A stretch of 51,670 nt of DNA, the filler included, from Sphacelaria rigidula (Eukaryota): NCBI GenBank assembly GCA_964200075.2. It is 4 parts of 4 records of this genome, joined end to end, with 100 filler letters (N's around TTAATTAATTAA, not from the genome) between each part and the next. Parts side by side here need not be neighbours in the genome. Positions count along the whole stretch, not along the records: positions 38,829 to 51,670 come from CAXNAA020003371.1; 3 more parts are not named here. The stretch is one strand, 5' to 3'. The notes below the pieces were generated by a model. The model saw nothing but the letters and a program-made list of their open reading frames with translations. It had not been told where the DNA came from and did no database searches. This document shows positions 50,865 to 51,670 of this stretch, piece by piece. The position numbers and the translations under genes were made by a program. Numbering within the stretch: position 1 is the stretch's first letter; every line of letters begins with the position of its first letter.

Positions 50865-51670
50865 TTGAACTTTCCAAGGTCAATATGGGATTCGTGAGAA
50901 AATATAGTCGAAGCCCCTTCGCAAGAGCTTGCACAGGGGAGAATAGATGCTTCCCCAAACCTGGGACAATCACGGCTGGGAGCCGAACAGAACGTTGGTA
51001 CCCCTCAGAGTCAATGAAGACGGTGTTGAGAACTCCGTTCGCTGTACCGTGCAGTAGATGGCATCCCGCTGCTAAAACAGTCATCGGGGGATCAAGTTTG
51101 GCCACCTCGACCATTTCACGTTCGATATCAGGTAGCAACTGATCATCCAGAAAGTGTCCAGTGCTGCCGCTGTCCACTGTCAACTGCAAAGAAATTTGAT
51201 CGGATGTATCAGTGACATGTGAACCAGAAAGAAAAGAAAATCTCATACTCTTCGGTGGTGAAAATGAATCTGTCACTGTAGCAGCTGCTGATGAAGAAGT
51301 TTGGAAGCCGTTGTTGTTCGATGGTACGGTTCTAGAAGCTGGATCGGCGACGGGTGTGTTGGCTTGGCGTTAATGTCCGTCGGGGTTGTTGCTGCCGATG
51401 TTGCTGTTGTGGTTGCTCCTACTGTTGTTGTTGCTGCTGTTGTCGCGGTGGTTATTTCGATGGCGGAGGTTTCTACGACGATGATGGTTATTGTTGTTGT
51501 TTCCGGCGTTGTTGGTCGCATTCCCGCTGTTCTGTTGAGATCTACACTCAGAATTGTCATGCTTGTCAGTATGATGAAAGCTGCACCATTGTACAGGCCT
51601 GTACCCATGGTTTGACTGAATTTTAGAGCGACAGTCTCTGTCGTTATGTCATGAGGTTCTTGTCTTAGTA

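Larger units (their letters stand above)
46652..51655 (-). mobile_element. Ty1/Copia copy 2 internal region (5' part missing)
   Basis: Repeats 39988-44660 at offset 6664 (larger after the MITE insertions); same domains and same RT deletion; diverges from copy 1 beyond ~50036. Confidence 0.95.

Overview
Eukaryotic nuclear DNA, most likely a brown alga (Phaeophyceae, Ectocarpus-like). This is an inference from balanced GC, short GT-AG exons with ~0.3-1.4 kb introns, a multi-WSC gene and the transposon content. The window is not contiguous: three 100-bp spacers (N44-TTAATTAATTAA-N44) join four unrelated contigs of 12843, 12843, 12842 and 12842 bp. Contig 1 (1-12843) holds six phase-compatible exons of a minus-strand multi-WSC-domain gene, two intronic hairpins and a decayed Ty3/Gypsy LTR element. 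Contig 2 (12944-25786) holds low-complexity sequence, a tRNA-derived SINE and a spliced atypical thioredoxin (CRAC motif). Contig 3 (25887-38728) holds a frameshifted DIRS/Ngaro-type tyrosine recombinase and many MITE-like repeats. Contig 4 (38829-51670) is a tandem of two Ty1/Copia elements sharing one LTR. Both copies lack the RT core and carry an unexplained ~190-codon extra ORF between RNase H and the PPT. The complete copy has a reiterated LTR-end/PBS array, and the tandem carries seven ~98-bp TTAA-targeting piggyBac-like MITEs with filled/empty site pairs visible. No prokaryotic operons, CRISPR arrays or rRNA were seen.
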